Shown piece after piece: positions 49,029 through 60,198 of a DNA stretch of 64,000 bases (positions are counted from its first letter, which is position 1; the number at the start of each line of letters is the position of its first letter). Source of the DNA: Caldilineaceae bacterium (GTDB lineage: Bacteria > Chloroflexota > Anaerolineae > Caldilineales > Caldilineaceae); the NCBI GenBank assembly GCA_965200385.1, contig OZ241342.1, positions 2,979,880 to 3,043,879 of the forward strand, given 5' to 3'. The translations under genes were made by a program, and so were the position numbers. Below the pieces are notes generated by a model. The model had not been told where the DNA came from, made no database searches, and saw nothing but the letters and a program-made list of their open reading frames with translations.

Positions 49029-50152
49029 AACGTTTTCGGCACCCCCGTGCCACCTACCGGCGCGTAGTCGTCAAACTGGGCACCTCAGTTCTGACCGATG
49101 GGTCCGAAGCGCTCAATCAGGCCCTTATGCGTGACCTGACCCGCCAGGTCGTACACCTGCGCCATGCCGGGTATGAAATGCTGGTGGTCACTTCCGGGGC
49201 CAAGGCTGCCGGCCTGGAACGCCTGCAAACCGACGCCGTCACGCGCCGCGGCAGCACGCGCCAGATGCTCAGTGCGGTGGGACAGGCACGGCTGGTGTGG
49301 CACTGGGATCGGTATTTTGCGGCCCAGGGCGAGTGTGTGGGACAGGTGTTGTTGACCCGGCACGAGCTGGAAGATTCCACCAGTTACCTGAACGTCCAGG
49401 ATACGCTGGAAGAAATGCTGACCTGCAATGTCGTGCCGCTCATCAATGAAAACGACGTGGTGGCTACACCCAAGGTGCGGGTGGGAGACAACGACAGCAT
49501 TTCGGCCATGGTGGCCGTCATGGTACAGGCCGATCTCCTGCTGCTGCTCACCGATCAGCAGGGACTGTACGATCAGGATCCGCGTATCCACCCGCAGGCC
49601 CGGCTCATCCGGGAAGTGTCCCGGATTGACGAAAAAGTCTTTGCCTTGGCTGGCGACACCTCCTCGGCCCTGGGCACCGGTGGTATGCATACCAAGCTGA
49701 ATGCCGCCATGATGGCCCAGCGCGCAGGCATCGACACGATCATTTGCGCCGGCCTGGAACCCGACGTCATGCCCCGCCTGGTACAGGCCCAGGAAGCACT
49801 GGGGACGCTCTTCCCCGGTACGGGCAGCCTGCTGGAAAATCGCAAGAAACGCATTCTGATCGGTGTGCCCACGGGGACCGTCATTGTGGATCAGGGCGCC
49901 CGCAATGCACTGGTGAATCGTGGACGCAGTCTGTTGCCCCCCGGCATCACCGGGGTCACCGGCTCCTTCGACCGGGGCGACACGGTACTGATCAGCGTCG
50001 ACGGACACAAAGGCTTCGCCCGGGGCGTCACCCGGTATTCCCATAGCGAGCTGGACGCCATCAAGGGCCACCAGTCATCCGAGATCAGTGCGCTTTTGGG
50101 CTATGATTACGGCAATGCCGCCATACATCGCAATGACATGATTCTGCTGTAA
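49001..50152 (+). CDS. proB: Glutamate 5-kinase (with PUA domain)
   Basis: RVVVKLGTSVLT, VTSGA, INENDVV, GTGGMHTKL. PUA-like C-terminus. Confidence 0.9.
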   Translation: MASCSHPGIKRFRHPRATYRRVVVKLGTSVLTDGSEALNQALMRDLTRQVVHLRHAGYEMLVVTSGAKAAGLERLQTDAVTRRGSTRQMLSAVGQARLVWHWDRYFAAQGECVGQVLLTRHELEDSTSYLNVQDTLEEMLTCNVVPLINENDVVATPKVRVGDNDSISAMVAVMVQADLLLLLTDQQGLYDQDPRIHPQARLIREVSRIDEKVFALAGDTSSALGTGGMHTKLNAAMMAQRAGIDTIICAGLEPDVMPRLVQAQEALGTLFPGTGSLLENRKKRILIGVPTGTVIVDQGARNALVNRGRSLLPPGITGVTGSFDRGDTVLISVDGHKGFARGVTRYSHSELDAIKGHQSSEISALLGYDYGNAAIHRNDMILL

Positions 50153-50171
50153 CCACAATCCGTTCACCCTT

Positions 50172-51461
50172 ATGCACAATGCCATGGACAAGCTCTCCGA
50201 CTACATCCTGCAGATAGGCCAGGCCGCCCGCCAGGCCAGTCGTTATCTGGCCACCCTGTCCACTGCTGCCAAGAACGACGCTCTCCTCAGCATTGCCGAG
50301 GAAGTAGACAGACAGCACGACCTCATTCTGGAGGCCAATCAGATCGACATGGTCCGGGGCCAGGCCGCGGGCCTCTCCGCCAGTCTGCTGGATCGCATGC
50401 TCCTGAATCCGGACCGCCTGACCGCACTGGCCCAGGACATCCGCAACGTCGTGCGCCTGCCCGATCCGGTGGGTGCCGATCAGGAAGGCAAGATGTTGGC
50501 CAGCGGCCTGCGCCTGACCAACCGGCGCATTCCCATCGGCGTGATCGGGGTTGTCTACGAAGCACGGCCCAACGTCACCCTGGACATTGCCTCCCTCTGC
50601 CTGAAGACAGGCAACGCCGTCATTTTGCGTGGGGGCAGTGACATCCAGCACAGCAACCGCGCCCTGATGCAGGTCATCCATGCCGGTCTGGAACGGGTGC
50701 ATGTGGCAACCCAGGCCATTCAGAGCATTGAGGATACCGACCGCGATCTGGTACGGCAGCTTTTGCAAATGGATGACTGCGTGGACATGATCATTCCCCG
50801 CGGGGGCGGGGCGCTGCATGCCCTGTGCCGGGAACAGGCCACCATGCCCGTAATCACCGGCGGCATAGGGATTTGCCACTTCTTCGTGGATGAAAGCGTA
50901 GCGCAGGAAGGGGCCCTCAATGTCATCGAGAACGCCAAGGTGCAGCGTCCCAGCGTCTGCAATGCCCTGGACACCTTGCTGGTGCACCGCGCCATCGCTG
51001 CCGAATTCATTCCCAAGGTGGTGGACCGCATGGCTGCGTGCAATGTGGAACTGCGCCTGACTGCGGATGCCATGGCGGCCCTGGACGGCCACACACATAC
51101 CGCCTGTGTCGAGGAAGCCGGCACCAACGACTTTGCCACGGAATGGATGGATCTGATTCTGGGCATCAAGGTCGTGGATACCCTGGAGGAAGCCATTACA
51201 CACATCCAGGACCACAGCCTGGACCACTCCGACGGCATTCTGACCAACAACATGGCCAACGCCCGGCATTTTGTGGATGCGGTCAACTCATCCGCCGTGT
51301 TTGTGAACGCCAGTACGCGCTTCAACGACGGCGGGCAGTTTGGCATGGGTGCCGAAGTCGCTGTCAGTACCCAGAAGCTGCATGCCCGGGGACCGCTGGG
51401 CCTGGAGGCCTTGACCACCTACAAGTGGATTGTCGAAGGTGACATGCATGTAAGGCCCTGA
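50172..51461 (+). CDS. proA: Glutamate-5-semialdehyde dehydrogenase
   Basis: ILRGGS, catalytic-Cys block RPSVCNALDTLLVH, ASTRFNDGGQFG. Confidence 0.9.
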   Translation: MHNAMDKLSDYILQIGQAARQASRYLATLSTAAKNDALLSIAEEVDRQHDLILEANQIDMVRGQAAGLSASLLDRMLLNPDRLTALAQDIRNVVRLPDPVGADQEGKMLASGLRLTNRRIPIGVIGVVYEARPNVTLDIASLCLKTGNAVILRGGSDIQHSNRALMQVIHAGLERVHVATQAIQSIEDTDRDLVRQLLQMDDCVDMIIPRGGGALHALCREQATMPVITGGIGICHFFVDESVAQEGALNVIENAKVQRPSVCNALDTLLVHRAIAAEFIPKVVDRMAACNVELRLTADAMAALDGHTHTACVEEAGTNDFATEWMDLILGIKVVDTLEEAITHIQDHSLDHSDGILTNNMANARHFVDAVNSSAVFVNASTRFNDGGQFGMGAEVAVSTQKLHARGPLGLEALTTYKWIVEGDMHVRP

Positions 51462-51495
51462 AGGCTGGCTGGACCCTGCACGCGCGCCAGCCAGT

Positions 51496-52215
51496 TCATC
51501 CACCCTGCACGTACGAACTGGCGCTCGCGTCGTCTTCGTCCTGGTCCACGTCCACCACTTCCCGGAGTTCCAGAATCCGGTCCAGCCGCCGGACCTTGCC
51601 ACTCAGCCCCAATACATGGGGAATGCGGTTGATTTCCTGCCGCGAACGTGAATCCCGGACAATCAGCGTCCCGGCTCCCCAACCCAAAATCCATTCCAGC
51701 AGATCCGGATACTCTGCCTCCACGGTCTTGGCACCGCGGGCAAAGGCCCGGCGGCGCCGGAAAAGCACTTCGTGCTGCAATTCATTGGGCGTCATGGTCC
51801 AGCGCCCGTCGTACACCATGCGGCAAAAACTGTAAAGCACCAGTATCACGCCCAAACCACACCACAGCAATGCCGTTTGCTGGCTGAACTGCAGGTTCAT
51901 ATTGGTCAAGGCCGTGCCTACCTGGCTCCACACCGGAACCGAGAAAGCATAGCCAAAAGCCAAACTGCCCAGCACAACGACCAGCATCACCAACCCGCCG
52001 ATGACCAGGGCCTGAATATCGATGTCCAAGGCCATGGTCAGAAAGACCCCGGCCAGCACCAGGAATTGTCCCCAAGCCAGCCACTCCGGGTTTACGCCCG
52101 TGTGATAAAGCACAAAGAACAGAAAACTGAAGACGGCCAAGGGCCAGGCGAATACAGCTTTGGGAAACTCCCGAATATGGACCACCATGGAACGGTCGGA
52201 GTGGTTCGCCATCAC
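51496..52215 (-). CDS. Membrane protein with C-terminal soluble (bacterial PH-like?) domain
   Basis: Four hydrophobic helices, then a ~90-aa charged domain. Confidence 0.5.
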   Translation of the reverse strand: MMANHSDRSMVVHIREFPKAVFAWPLAVFSFLFFVLYHTGVNPEWLAWGQFLVLAGVFLTMALDIDIQALVIGGLVMLVVVLGSLAFGYAFSVPVWSQVGTALTNMNLQFSQQTALLWCGLGVILVLYSFCRMVYDGRWTMTPNELQHEVLFRRRRAFARGAKTVEAEYPDLLEWILGWGAGTLIVRDSRSRQEINRIPHVLGLSGKVRRLDRILELREVVDVDQDEDDASASSYVQGG

Positions 52216-52461
52216 CTGACACCCTTCATTCTCGCCAAGTACGCTGCAGTGTCCGCCGACTGCCTTGCAGGCACCATCGGGCCATTATAGTCCAATAGTC
52301 CCGCATCGGAACTTGGTATCCGGAACTGCCGACAGGACAACTGCCAGGGAATAGGCGCCCCTGGTCCGTTGAACAGGGGCATTGACGTGTTCCGTTATGC
52401 TGCAGACTGCAGCAGCTTGTGGGATATTGTCATTGTTCGTCTTCACAACAGGAACCGACGC

Positions 52462-53178
52462 ATGAAACGTGTCGCAGGTATTCTGGGCGGGATGGGACCG
52501 GCCGCCACCGTTGATCTTTTTGACCGCATTGTGCGCGCCACCCCCGCCCGGACGGATCAGGAACATCTGCACATCCTGATCGACAACAACACGGCCATCC
52601 CGGACCGTACAGAAGCCATTCTGCACCAGGGCCCGGATCCCCTGCCCGCTCTCCAGGCCGGGATCCGGGGCCTGGAGAGTCAGGGCGCGGAAGTCATTGC
52701 CATTCCCTGCAACACAGCCCATCATTACCTGCCAGCCTTGCAGCAGGTCTGTGACTGCCCCATCCTGAACATGATCACGGAAACAGCCCAGGCTATTCGG
52801 CAGCGGTACGGGCACGTCAGCCACGCCGGGATCATGGCCACCCGCGGTACCCTGGCGGTGCGCCTGTACCAGGATGCCCTGGAGGCCGTGGCGCTGCAGC
52901 CCGTGTTGCCACAGGCTGCGGAAATCGACAGCCTGATGCAAGCCATTTACGGTTCGGACGGCATCAAGGCAGGTGCACCTGCCCATTTGCCCCGTGCACG
53001 GCTGCTGGATGTCGGCACGGCCATGATACAGCGAGGGGCTGAGGTCATCATCCTGGGCTGTACGGAATTGCCCCTGGTTCTGGCCGCGGGTGATTTGCCT
53101 GTGCCCCTGATCGCCTCCAACCAGGTGCTGGCGGAAGCCGTGGTGCGCGAGGCCATGCCGGCCGCAGTGCCAGCCTGA
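52462..53178 (+). CDS. Aspartate/glutamate racemase family protein
   Basis: GILGGMGPAAT and GCTELPL motifs (the two catalytic-Cys regions; the first is PCNTAH). Confidence 0.8.
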   Translation: MKRVAGILGGMGPAATVDLFDRIVRATPARTDQEHLHILIDNNTAIPDRTEAILHQGPDPLPALQAGIRGLESQGAEVIAIPCNTAHHYLPALQQVCDCPILNMITETAQAIRQRYGHVSHAGIMATRGTLAVRLYQDALEAVALQPVLPQAAEIDSLMQAIYGSDGIKAGAPAHLPRARLLDVGTAMIQRGAEVIILGCTELPLVLAAGDLPVPLIASNQVLAEAVVREAMPAAVPA

Positions 53179-53322
53179 CAATCCACACCCCCTGTCCGTG
53201 GCCGTGAGCTATGGGCGGGATCCGGTTGCCTGCCCAGCGTCCGCACCGGGTACAGTGCTGGCCGCGGGCCGACTCCGGTCCCGCGATCCCTTACCTCCGG
53301 GTTTCCCGGGCAGGGTGGTGGC

Positions 53323-54516
53323 TTACGCCAGTGTCAGCGTTCCGTTGCGGACTTTCCAGCACGATGCCTGCCCCAGAAACTCGTCCGTGTAATGGGACCA
53401 GTCCGTGGTCGTCATAATCACCTGATCCAGGACTCGGATGGCCTCCACTACCGTCGTGCGGCGCACCTCGTCCAGCTCGCTCATGACATCATCCAGCAAC
53501 AGGAGGGGCGCTTCCCGGCACTGCTGCCGGATCCCCTCGACCTCGGCCAGACGATACGCTATGACCGCCGTGCGCTGCTGGCCGCGGCTACCAAACTCGC
53601 TCAGGAGCAGGTCATTGCTGCGGAACAGGAAATCATCCCGGTGTGGTCCCACCGAGGTTGCACTCTGGCCCAAGTCCCGCCACCGCGCATCTTGCAGGCG
53701 CTGGTCAAAGGCAGCCTGCCATTCCGCCAGGGAGATGCCCGCCGGTTCCTGCCACTTCGGATCCTGACTGCCCCGGGGCCGGATGGAAGGGCGATAGACC
53801 AGATCCAGGTATTCCCGGTTGTGGGTCATGCGGGCGTGGTAGGCACGGGCAATCTCCACCAGCTGCTGCAGCCATTGGGCACGCCGGTAGGTCACCTCGG
53901 CCCCATACCGGATCAGGGACTCGTCCCAGAACCGGGTTTCGGCCGCCACCCGCGTGGAATCCGCCCCCTGCCCGGCAGCTCGCAGCTTCTTCAGGAGGGC
54001 ATTGCGCTGCTTCAATACTTTCTGATACTGCAGCAACGCATCGAAGTAGGCCTGATCCACCTGGCACAGGGTAATGTCCAGGTAGCGGCGGCGTACCCCC
54101 GGCCCTTCCGCCACCAGGCGCGTGTCTTCCGGAATGAAGAGTACGGCACGCAGGCGTCCCATCAGGTTGCGGGCGGTCATGCGTTCACCATTCACCTGCA
54201 GGACTTTCATCACCCGGCCCCGCAGTTCGCGGGGCCCATAGTACACACGCAGGCGCTGCGGCAGTCCGGTCCGGTCCTGCACATGACCCTCTATCTGGAA
54301 ATAGGGTATCGATTCGCGACTCACGCTGGCCGCAATGGACTGGGTGTCCGTCTGGGACTTGTGGGAACGGCTGGTCGCCAGATAGCAGATGGCATCCAGC
54401 AGATTGGTCTTGCCGGCTCCGTTCGGGCCCTGCAAGACGGTAAAAGGGCGTGCAAACGCCAGATCCAGATGCTGGAAGTTGCGAAAGTGGGTCAGCTGCA
54501 GCTGGGAAAGAAACAT
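53323..54516 (-). CDS. recF: DNA replication and repair protein RecF
   Basis: LTHFRNF...GPNGAGKTNLLDAI Walker A. SMC-like signature and LLLDDVMSELD Walker B. Confidence 0.9.
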   Translation of the reverse strand: MFLSQLQLTHFRNFQHLDLAFARPFTVLQGPNGAGKTNLLDAICYLATSRSHKSQTDTQSIAASVSRESIPYFQIEGHVQDRTGLPQRLRVYYGPRELRGRVMKVLQVNGERMTARNLMGRLRAVLFIPEDTRLVAEGPGVRRRYLDITLCQVDQAYFDALLQYQKVLKQRNALLKKLRAAGQGADSTRVAAETRFWDESLIRYGAEVTYRRAQWLQQLVEIARAYHARMTHNREYLDLVYRPSIRPRGSQDPKWQEPAGISLAEWQAAFDQRLQDARWRDLGQSATSVGPHRDDFLFRSNDLLLSEFGSRGQQRTAVIAYRLAEVEGIRQQCREAPLLLLDDVMSELDEVRRTTVVEAIRVLDQVIMTTTDWSHYTDEFLGQASCWKVRNGTLTLA

Positions 54517-54537
54517 GGCCGGCTGCCAACAGTCCGC

Positions 54538-55584
54538 TCAGTGGACTGCGGACACGTCAGGCCAGGATACAGGAAAGACCATGCGCCCAATCAGGACCTC
54601 CAGCACCAGTTCGGCATCCGGCTGGGACTTCATGGCGTAATCCGCTTCCAGCAGCATGTCGCTGAGCGCAACCACCTGGGCGGGTGTGTAGCGATTGACG
54701 TTGCGCCGGGCCGCCGTGACGGCAAAAGGTTTGACCCCCATCTGCCGGGCGATGTCCTGATCCGAGTAGCGGGGGGAGAACCGGATAGCGGCCAGGAGAC
54801 GCACCTGGGTACCCAGCGTCGCCAGGATCTGGATCGGATTCAGGCCCTGCTCCAGCAGCTGGGCCAGCGTGGACAGGGCCTCCCGCCGCTTCTGTTGGAA
54901 CACCGCATTCCCCAAGCGGAAAACAGGTTCTTCCCGGTAATCCGTGACCAGCGCCTGTACGTCACGCGGAGTCAACTCAGCCCCATCGGCATAGGCCCCC
55001 AGTTTGTCCAGTTCCAGATCCAGCAACTGCAGATCGTGACCTGCCCGCTCGGCCAGCATGCGGCTCACCTGCGCGCCACAGGACAGTTTCTTGGCCCGGC
55101 AGCGCGCATGGACCCAGGATTCCAGATCCCGCGGTCCCGGCCGCGCCAGGTCCACGACCGCCATGCGTCCGTCCGTCAGGAGTGCACCCAGCTTGGGTGT
55201 CAGGCCGCGGCTGGCCTTCTGAAAGCGACGGCTCCAGTCCGTGCGTGTACCATCCAGCGCTTCGGTCAGGATCAACCGAGACTCGACCGGCAGACTGGCC
55301 AGGGTCTGGAGCAGCAATTGGGCTTCGGTCCGGGCACGCTCCGCTGTGTGCGCTGTCTCCAGTTGCCGGGTCAGCCGGGCCAGCAAGCCGTGTACTTCGA
55401 CAATGCGCAGATCGGACATGAGGGGCATGGCGGTCACGGTCTGCACCAGTTCCGGAACCGGATAATTGGCGTCTGTGACGACCTGATAGTTGAAATCAGC
55501 CATCGTCGGATCCAGCTCCGCCTTCTGCTCCCGGATCCAGAGCCGATAGCGAAAGGGGTCGGGCCGCTGGCAGAGGAAGATCAC
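54538..55584 (-). CDS. holA: DNA polymerase III delta subunit
   Basis: HolA-like length and N-terminal pattern (IFLCQRPDPFRYRLW..., PLMSDLRIVEVHG). Confidence 0.7.
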   Translation of the reverse strand: MIFLCQRPDPFRYRLWIREQKAELDPTMADFNYQVVTDANYPVPELVQTVTAMPLMSDLRIVEVHGLLARLTRQLETAHTAERARTEAQLLLQTLASLPVESRLILTEALDGTRTDWSRRFQKASRGLTPKLGALLTDGRMAVVDLARPGPRDLESWVHARCRAKKLSCGAQVSRMLAERAGHDLQLLDLELDKLGAYADGAELTPRDVQALVTDYREEPVFRLGNAVFQQKRREALSTLAQLLEQGLNPIQILATLGTQVRLLAAIRFSPRYSDQDIARQMGVKPFAVTAARRNVNRYTPAQVVALSDMLLEADYAMKSQPDAELVLEVLIGRMVFPVSWPDVSAVH

Positions 55585-56114
55585 GGCGCCTCCTCCATAC
55601 AGACACGTACGCCGCGGCGCCCCAGTATTTCAATGCCGTATATCGCGCCCGGCTGGCGCCCCCTGACGTCAGCCAGGGTCGTGTATGCCTGCAGCCGTTC
55701 CCCCAGAGCCCTGCCATACAAGCCAATAGCCATAAAGCCCAACAGCGCCAGACTCAGAGTCGTCAGGGAGAGCGTGCGCCGGGAACCCAGCAGGGTCCAC
55801 GCCAGGCACAGGGACAGCACAGCCTGGGTGAGCAGGTTGGTGCCGCAGTGGGGATGAATGGCCCATTGGACCTGGCCCTGTTGCAAAATCTCCAGGGCGC
55901 GCGTCACGGCCGGCTCCACCTGGGACGGGGTCAGGTCACCCAAGAGCACAAAGCCGCTCGGGTCGCTGAAGCCACCGACGAGGGCTAGGTCCTCCGTCTG
56001 GCCCGACAGGATCTGCAGGGTTGCATGTTCCAGGGCATGGTGCTGGCGCGTGGCCCGTACTGCACGCCCCAGGGCCTGCCAGTTCAGGGCGGATACAGAC
56101 GCGAAACCGGACAT
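55581..56114 (-). CDS. Conserved hypothetical membrane protein with HHALEH / HPHCGTN motifs
   Basis: N-terminal soluble part with His/Cys motifs, two C-terminal TM helices. Stop overlaps the holA start. Confidence 0.5.
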   Translation of the reverse strand: MSGFASVSALNWQALGRAVRATRQHHALEHATLQILSGQTEDLALVGGFSDPSGFVLLGDLTPSQVEPAVTRALEILQQGQVQWAIHPHCGTNLLTQAVLSLCLAWTLLGSRRTLSLTTLSLALLGFMAIGLYGRALGERLQAYTTLADVRGRQPGAIYGIEILGRRGVRVCMEEAP

Positions 56115-56116
56115 GC

Positions 56117-58120
56117 TCAGTGCAGCAGGGACAGGGCCCGTTCCACAATATGCTGGGCCGAGATGCCAAATTCCCGGTATAGGCGTGCATAAGGCGCACT
56201 GGCACCAAAGTGATCCAGTCCGATCACGGCCCCCCGGGAGGGATCGTTGCCTACCCAGCGTTCCCAGCCCAGCGGTGAGGCCGCCTCCACCGCGATGCGG
56301 GGCACGTCCGGCGGCAATACCTGGTCCCGGTAGGCCTGGTCCTGCTGGCCGAAGAATTCCCAGCAGGGCATACTGACCACCCGCACTGCTATGTCCCGGG
56401 TCGCCAGCTGTTGGGCGGCTTCCATGGCGATAGCCACTTCACTGCCGCTGGCGATCAGCACGATCCGGGGTGCGGCACCCGTGTCGTGCAAAACATAGGC
56501 GCCCTGCTGCAGTCCGGCAGCGGCCCCGAACCGGTCATGCCCGTGATCCCATTCCGGCACCGTTTGCCGGGTCAGGGCCAGCACCGTGGGTCCGGTGCGA
56601 TTCGTCACCGCCGCCCGCCAGGCCTCGGCGGTTTCGGCGCCGTCCGCCGGGCGGATCAGAGTCATGTTGGGCATGGCCCGCAACGCGGCCAGATGCTCCA
56701 CGGGCTGGTGGGTCGGCCCGTCTTCACCCAACCCGATACTGTCGTGGGTAAGCACGTAGATGACCCGGAGACCCATGAGCGCCGCCAGGCGCATGCTGGC
56801 GCGCATATAGTCCGTGAACACCAGGAAGGTACCGCCATAGGGAATGAGGCCACCATGCAGGGCCATGCCGTTGAGCATGGCCGCCATGCCATGCTCCCGG
56901 ACTCCAAAGCGCAAGTTGCGCTGCTGGCGATCTGCAGCCGAGAAATCACCGGTACCTTTGAGGTCGGTCTTGTTGCTCCCGGCCAAATCGGCGCTGCCGC
57001 CCATCAGCTGGGGCAAATACGCGGCCAGGGCATTCAGGACCTGGCCCGATGTATTGCGGGTTGCATCGCCCTTGCCCGGTAGGAAAACGGGAAGTACGGC
57101 GTCCCAATCCAGCGTAACGTCTTCCTGCATCACCTGCTGCCATTCGGCGGCCAGCGCCGGATGTGCCTGGCTGTAGGCCTGCATGAGCTCGGCATGCCGG
57201 GCTTCCTGTTCCTGCCCCTGGGCCACGGCAGTCGCCATATGCGCCGCCACTTCCTCCGGTACCCAGAAAGAGGTGTCGGGCCACTCCAGGTTGGCGCGTG
57301 TCAGGATCACTTCCGCAGCTCCCAGCGCCGCACCGTGGGCATCGGCCGTTCCGCCCTTGTTGGGACTGCCGTATCCAATCGTCGTGGTACAGCCAATGAT
57401 ACTGGGGCGGGGATCCTGCCGGGCCGCTTCAATGGCCTGCGCCACGCCATCCGCATCCAGGCCATCTGTCTGCTGCACGTGCCAGCCATAGGCGGCAAAC
57501 CGGGCTGCCCAGTCCTCGGACATGCTCAGATCCGTACTGCCGTCGATCGTGATGCGATTGTCGTCGTACAGATAGATCAGACGGCCCAGACGCAGGTGTC
57601 CCGCCAGACTGGCCGCTTCACTGGCTACGCCTTCCATCAGATCCCCGTCGCTGACGATGCCGTAGATGAAATGGTCCACGATGGGATACCCTTCCCGGTT
57701 GTAGCGGGCCGCCAGCCATTCAGCCGCCAGCGCCATACCCACCCCATTGCCAAAACCCTGGCCCAGGGGGCCCGTGGTCGTTTCCACCCCCGGCGTGTCA
57801 CCGTATTCCGGATGCCCGGGTGTGGGACTGCCCCACTGCCGGAACTGCCTCAGATCGTCCCGGGAAACCGCGTAACCGGTCAGGTGCAGGAGCGCATAGA
57901 GCAACATGGAACCATGGCCGGCACTCAGCACAAAGCGATCCCGATCCGGCCACTGCGGGTTGGCCGGACTGTGCCTGAGATATCTTGTCCACAGTACATA
58001 GGCCGCCTGTGCCATGCCCATGGGCATGCCCGGATGGCCCGAATTGGCTTTTTCTACAGCATCTACCGCCAGCATGCGAATGGTGTTGACGGCTTTGTGA
58101 TCCAGTGCCGACAGCGGCAT
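56117..58120 (-). CDS. tkt: Transketolase
   Basis: [19 protein letters not shown]-like [24 protein letters not shown]. Start at MPLSALDHK with AGGAG upstream. Confidence 0.95.
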   Translation of the reverse strand: MPLSALDHKAVNTIRMLAVDAVEKANSGHPGMPMGMAQAAYVLWTRYLRHSPANPQWPDRDRFVLSAGHGSMLLYALLHLTGYAVSRDDLRQFRQWGSPTPGHPEYGDTPGVETTTGPLGQGFGNGVGMALAAEWLAARYNREGYPIVDHFIYGIVSDGDLMEGVASEAASLAGHLRLGRLIYLYDDNRITIDGSTDLSMSEDWAARFAAYGWHVQQTDGLDADGVAQAIEAARQDPRPSIIGCTTTIGYGSPNKGGTADAHGAALGAAEVILTRANLEWPDTSFWVPEEVAAHMATAVAQGQEQEARHAELMQAYSQAHPALAAEWQQVMQEDVTLDWDAVLPVFLPGKGDATRNTSGQVLNALAAYLPQLMGGSADLAGSNKTDLKGTGDFSAADRQQRNLRFGVREHGMAAMLNGMALHGGLIPYGGTFLVFTDYMRASMRLAALMGLRVIYVLTHDSIGLGEDGPTHQPVEHLAALRAMPNMTLIRPADGAETAEAWRAAVTNRTGPTVLALTRQTVPEWDHGHDRFGAAAGLQQGAYVLHDTGAAPRIVLIASGSEVAIAMEAAQQLATRDIAVRVVSMPCWEFFGQQDQAYRDQVLPPDVPRIAVEAASPLGWERWVGNDPSRGAVIGLDHFGASAPYARLYREFGISAQHIVERALSLLH

Positions 58121-58262
58121 AGAGACCGTTCTCCTTGTTGGGTGACTTGATAACTTCATTCTAATCAGAAGGACAGATCTTGGCACAAGAATCGGAAGCG
58201 CACGGTGCAGCCGCATCCCGGCAGGCTTGCCGTTGGCGCGCGGGAACCGGCAACCTGTGTGG

Positions 58263-59894
58263 TCAGACGCCTACCGCCATGCCGTCGGTGCCTGTGTCCG
58301 CGCCCCCTGTCACCTGACCTGTAGCTGGATCGACGGCAATGGCATGTACGAGAGCCAGGCCTCCATGACTGTAGGCCAGGCGCCTAACCGGATGCCAGGC
58401 CGCGATGGCTTCACAGGTACGTCGGGGAATGCGGGCCTGGAGCAGGATCTCGTCGCCCTGACAGTCAATACGGGGTGCATGGACCGCCGTGGCCACATCC
58501 ATGTTCCACATCAGGACATTCAGGATTACCTGGGCCACCGAGGTGATGATGCGCGTCGAACCCGGTGCGCCCAGTGCCAGCACAGGCTGTGACCCGCGCG
58601 ACACAATGGTGGGTGCCATGCCTGTGGTGCGGCCTTTGCCCGGCGCCATCGAATTGGGATGACCGGCCAGGGGATGGAAATTGACCATGGAATTGTTGTA
58701 CATGAAGCCCAGCCCCGGCGTAATGACGCCGCTGCTGGAGCCCAGCGAATGCGTCAGGGCTACACACATGCCTGTGCGGTCCACCACAGTGACGTGCGTA
58801 GTGTCCCGGGGGCCTTCAGGTACGAAGGACACGCGGATGGGATCCCCCGCCATGATCACGTCATGCCAATGCCGGGCCCGGTCCAGGGATGTCATCCAGT
58901 CTACCGGTACCTCGGCAAAGTGGGGGTCGGCCATGTGCGGATTCCGATCGGCAAACGCCGCCTTCATGGCCATGCCCAAGAGATACAGATACCGGGGCGA
59001 GTTCGGTTCCAGGCCGGGCTCATCCCGGAACGTGGCCATGATGTTGAGAATGGCCACCAGGGTGGCACCCCCATGGGGTACCGGTGCCGTAGTGATGCTG
59101 TACCCGTCAAAAGTGCCACATACCGGAACGACCGCGGGCAGACGGTAGTTCCGGAAATCCTCCGCCGTGACATAGGCGCCGTGCCGGGCCAGATCCGCAG
59201 TCATGCGCTGTCCCAGTTCCCCGGCATAAAAATCGTCCGCGCCGGCCGCGGCCAGATGTGCCAGCGTCTGGCCATAGTCCGGGTTGCGGAACCAGTCGTT
59301 CACCCGCCAGGGACCGCCGTCTGCCTTCAGGTAAAGGCGTGAGGCCTCGGCGTTCTGCCGGATGCAGTCCAGGGGCGTCATTTCCTCCGGACATTCCGGC
59401 GTACGCTGCCATACGCTGGCCGTGCGTGCCATGACGCGGTGTCCCTCCACAGCCATTTCAATGGCATGCGGAAACAGCTCTGGCCAGGGCAATGTCCCCC
59501 ACTGCTCCTGCATGGCCTGCATGCCCCTGATGGATCCCGGCGTACAGATGGCAGTGTAGCCGGCATCATTCACATGATCCCGGAGAAAATAGCCCCACCC
59601 CATGGGATTGGGGCGCAGGTACCGGTCTTCCCACATATCGGGACGTGTCAGGGAACCGGCCAGGGCCGGAGCATCCAGCACGACGGGGGCTGCATCACCG
59701 GGACACTGCAGCGTCACCAGCAGATAACCGCCCAGCCCGCACATATGTGGATCTATCACCCCTTGCACCAGGGCCGCCGCCAAGGCTGCATCCACGGCGT
59801 TGCCTCCCTGCCGCAGAATATCCGTCCCCGCATCCACCGCATACGGCTGGGGGGCACATACCATACCTTGATCAAGAACACGGGGGGCGGACAT
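58263..59894 (-). CDS. ggt: Gamma-glutamyltransferase family protein (no obvious signal peptide)
   Basis: Autoprocessing-site region [14 protein letters not shown]-like small-subunit motifs ([16 protein letters not shown]). Confidence 0.85.
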   Translation of the reverse strand: MSAPRVLDQGMVCAPQPYAVDAGTDILRQGGNAVDAALAAALVQGVIDPHMCGLGGYLLVTLQCPGDAAPVVLDAPALAGSLTRPDMWEDRYLRPNPMGWGYFLRDHVNDAGYTAICTPGSIRGMQAMQEQWGTLPWPELFPHAIEMAVEGHRVMARTASVWQRTPECPEEMTPLDCIRQNAEASRLYLKADGGPWRVNDWFRNPDYGQTLAHLAAAGADDFYAGELGQRMTADLARHGAYVTAEDFRNYRLPAVVPVCGTFDGYSITTAPVPHGGATLVAILNIMATFRDEPGLEPNSPRYLYLLGMAMKAAFADRNPHMADPHFAEVPVDWMTSLDRARHWHDVIMAGDPIRVSFVPEGPRDTTHVTVVDRTGMCVALTHSLGSSSGVITPGLGFMYNNSMVNFHPLAGHPNSMAPGKGRTTGMAPTIVSRGSQPVLALGAPGSTRIITSVAQVILNVLMWNMDVATAVHAPRIDCQGDEILLQARIPRRTCEAIAAWHPVRRLAYSHGGLALVHAIAVDPATGQVTGGADTGTDGMAVGV

Positions 59895-60198
59895 AGCGTG
59901 AAACTTCTCCTGGAGATGCAGGGTACACAACCGGCTCGGGTCGGGCTGCAGCCCATCGTCTTTACAGCATATTGCTGCCCGTATCCAGCGCCGTTACGCC
60001 GGGCTCAGGGTTGCAGCCGTTGCCTCATTGTACTGTCTGTCTCCCCTGTGCCCCATGTCCTGCGCCGGGCCCGACATAAACCCTGCCCCTGGGCACACGC
60101 CGAGTGCAACCTACCGTATCGAGGCTTCGGTGCCATCTCCGATAACTTCCGGCGCCACCGAGACACAGCTGCTGCCCGGCTGGATGTCCAGGCAAGCC

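Noticed and set aside
53392-55857. 821-aa plus-strand ORF
   Set aside because: It is antisense to recF, holA and the HHALEH gene, all of which have recognisable motifs. Same shadow-ORF composition.
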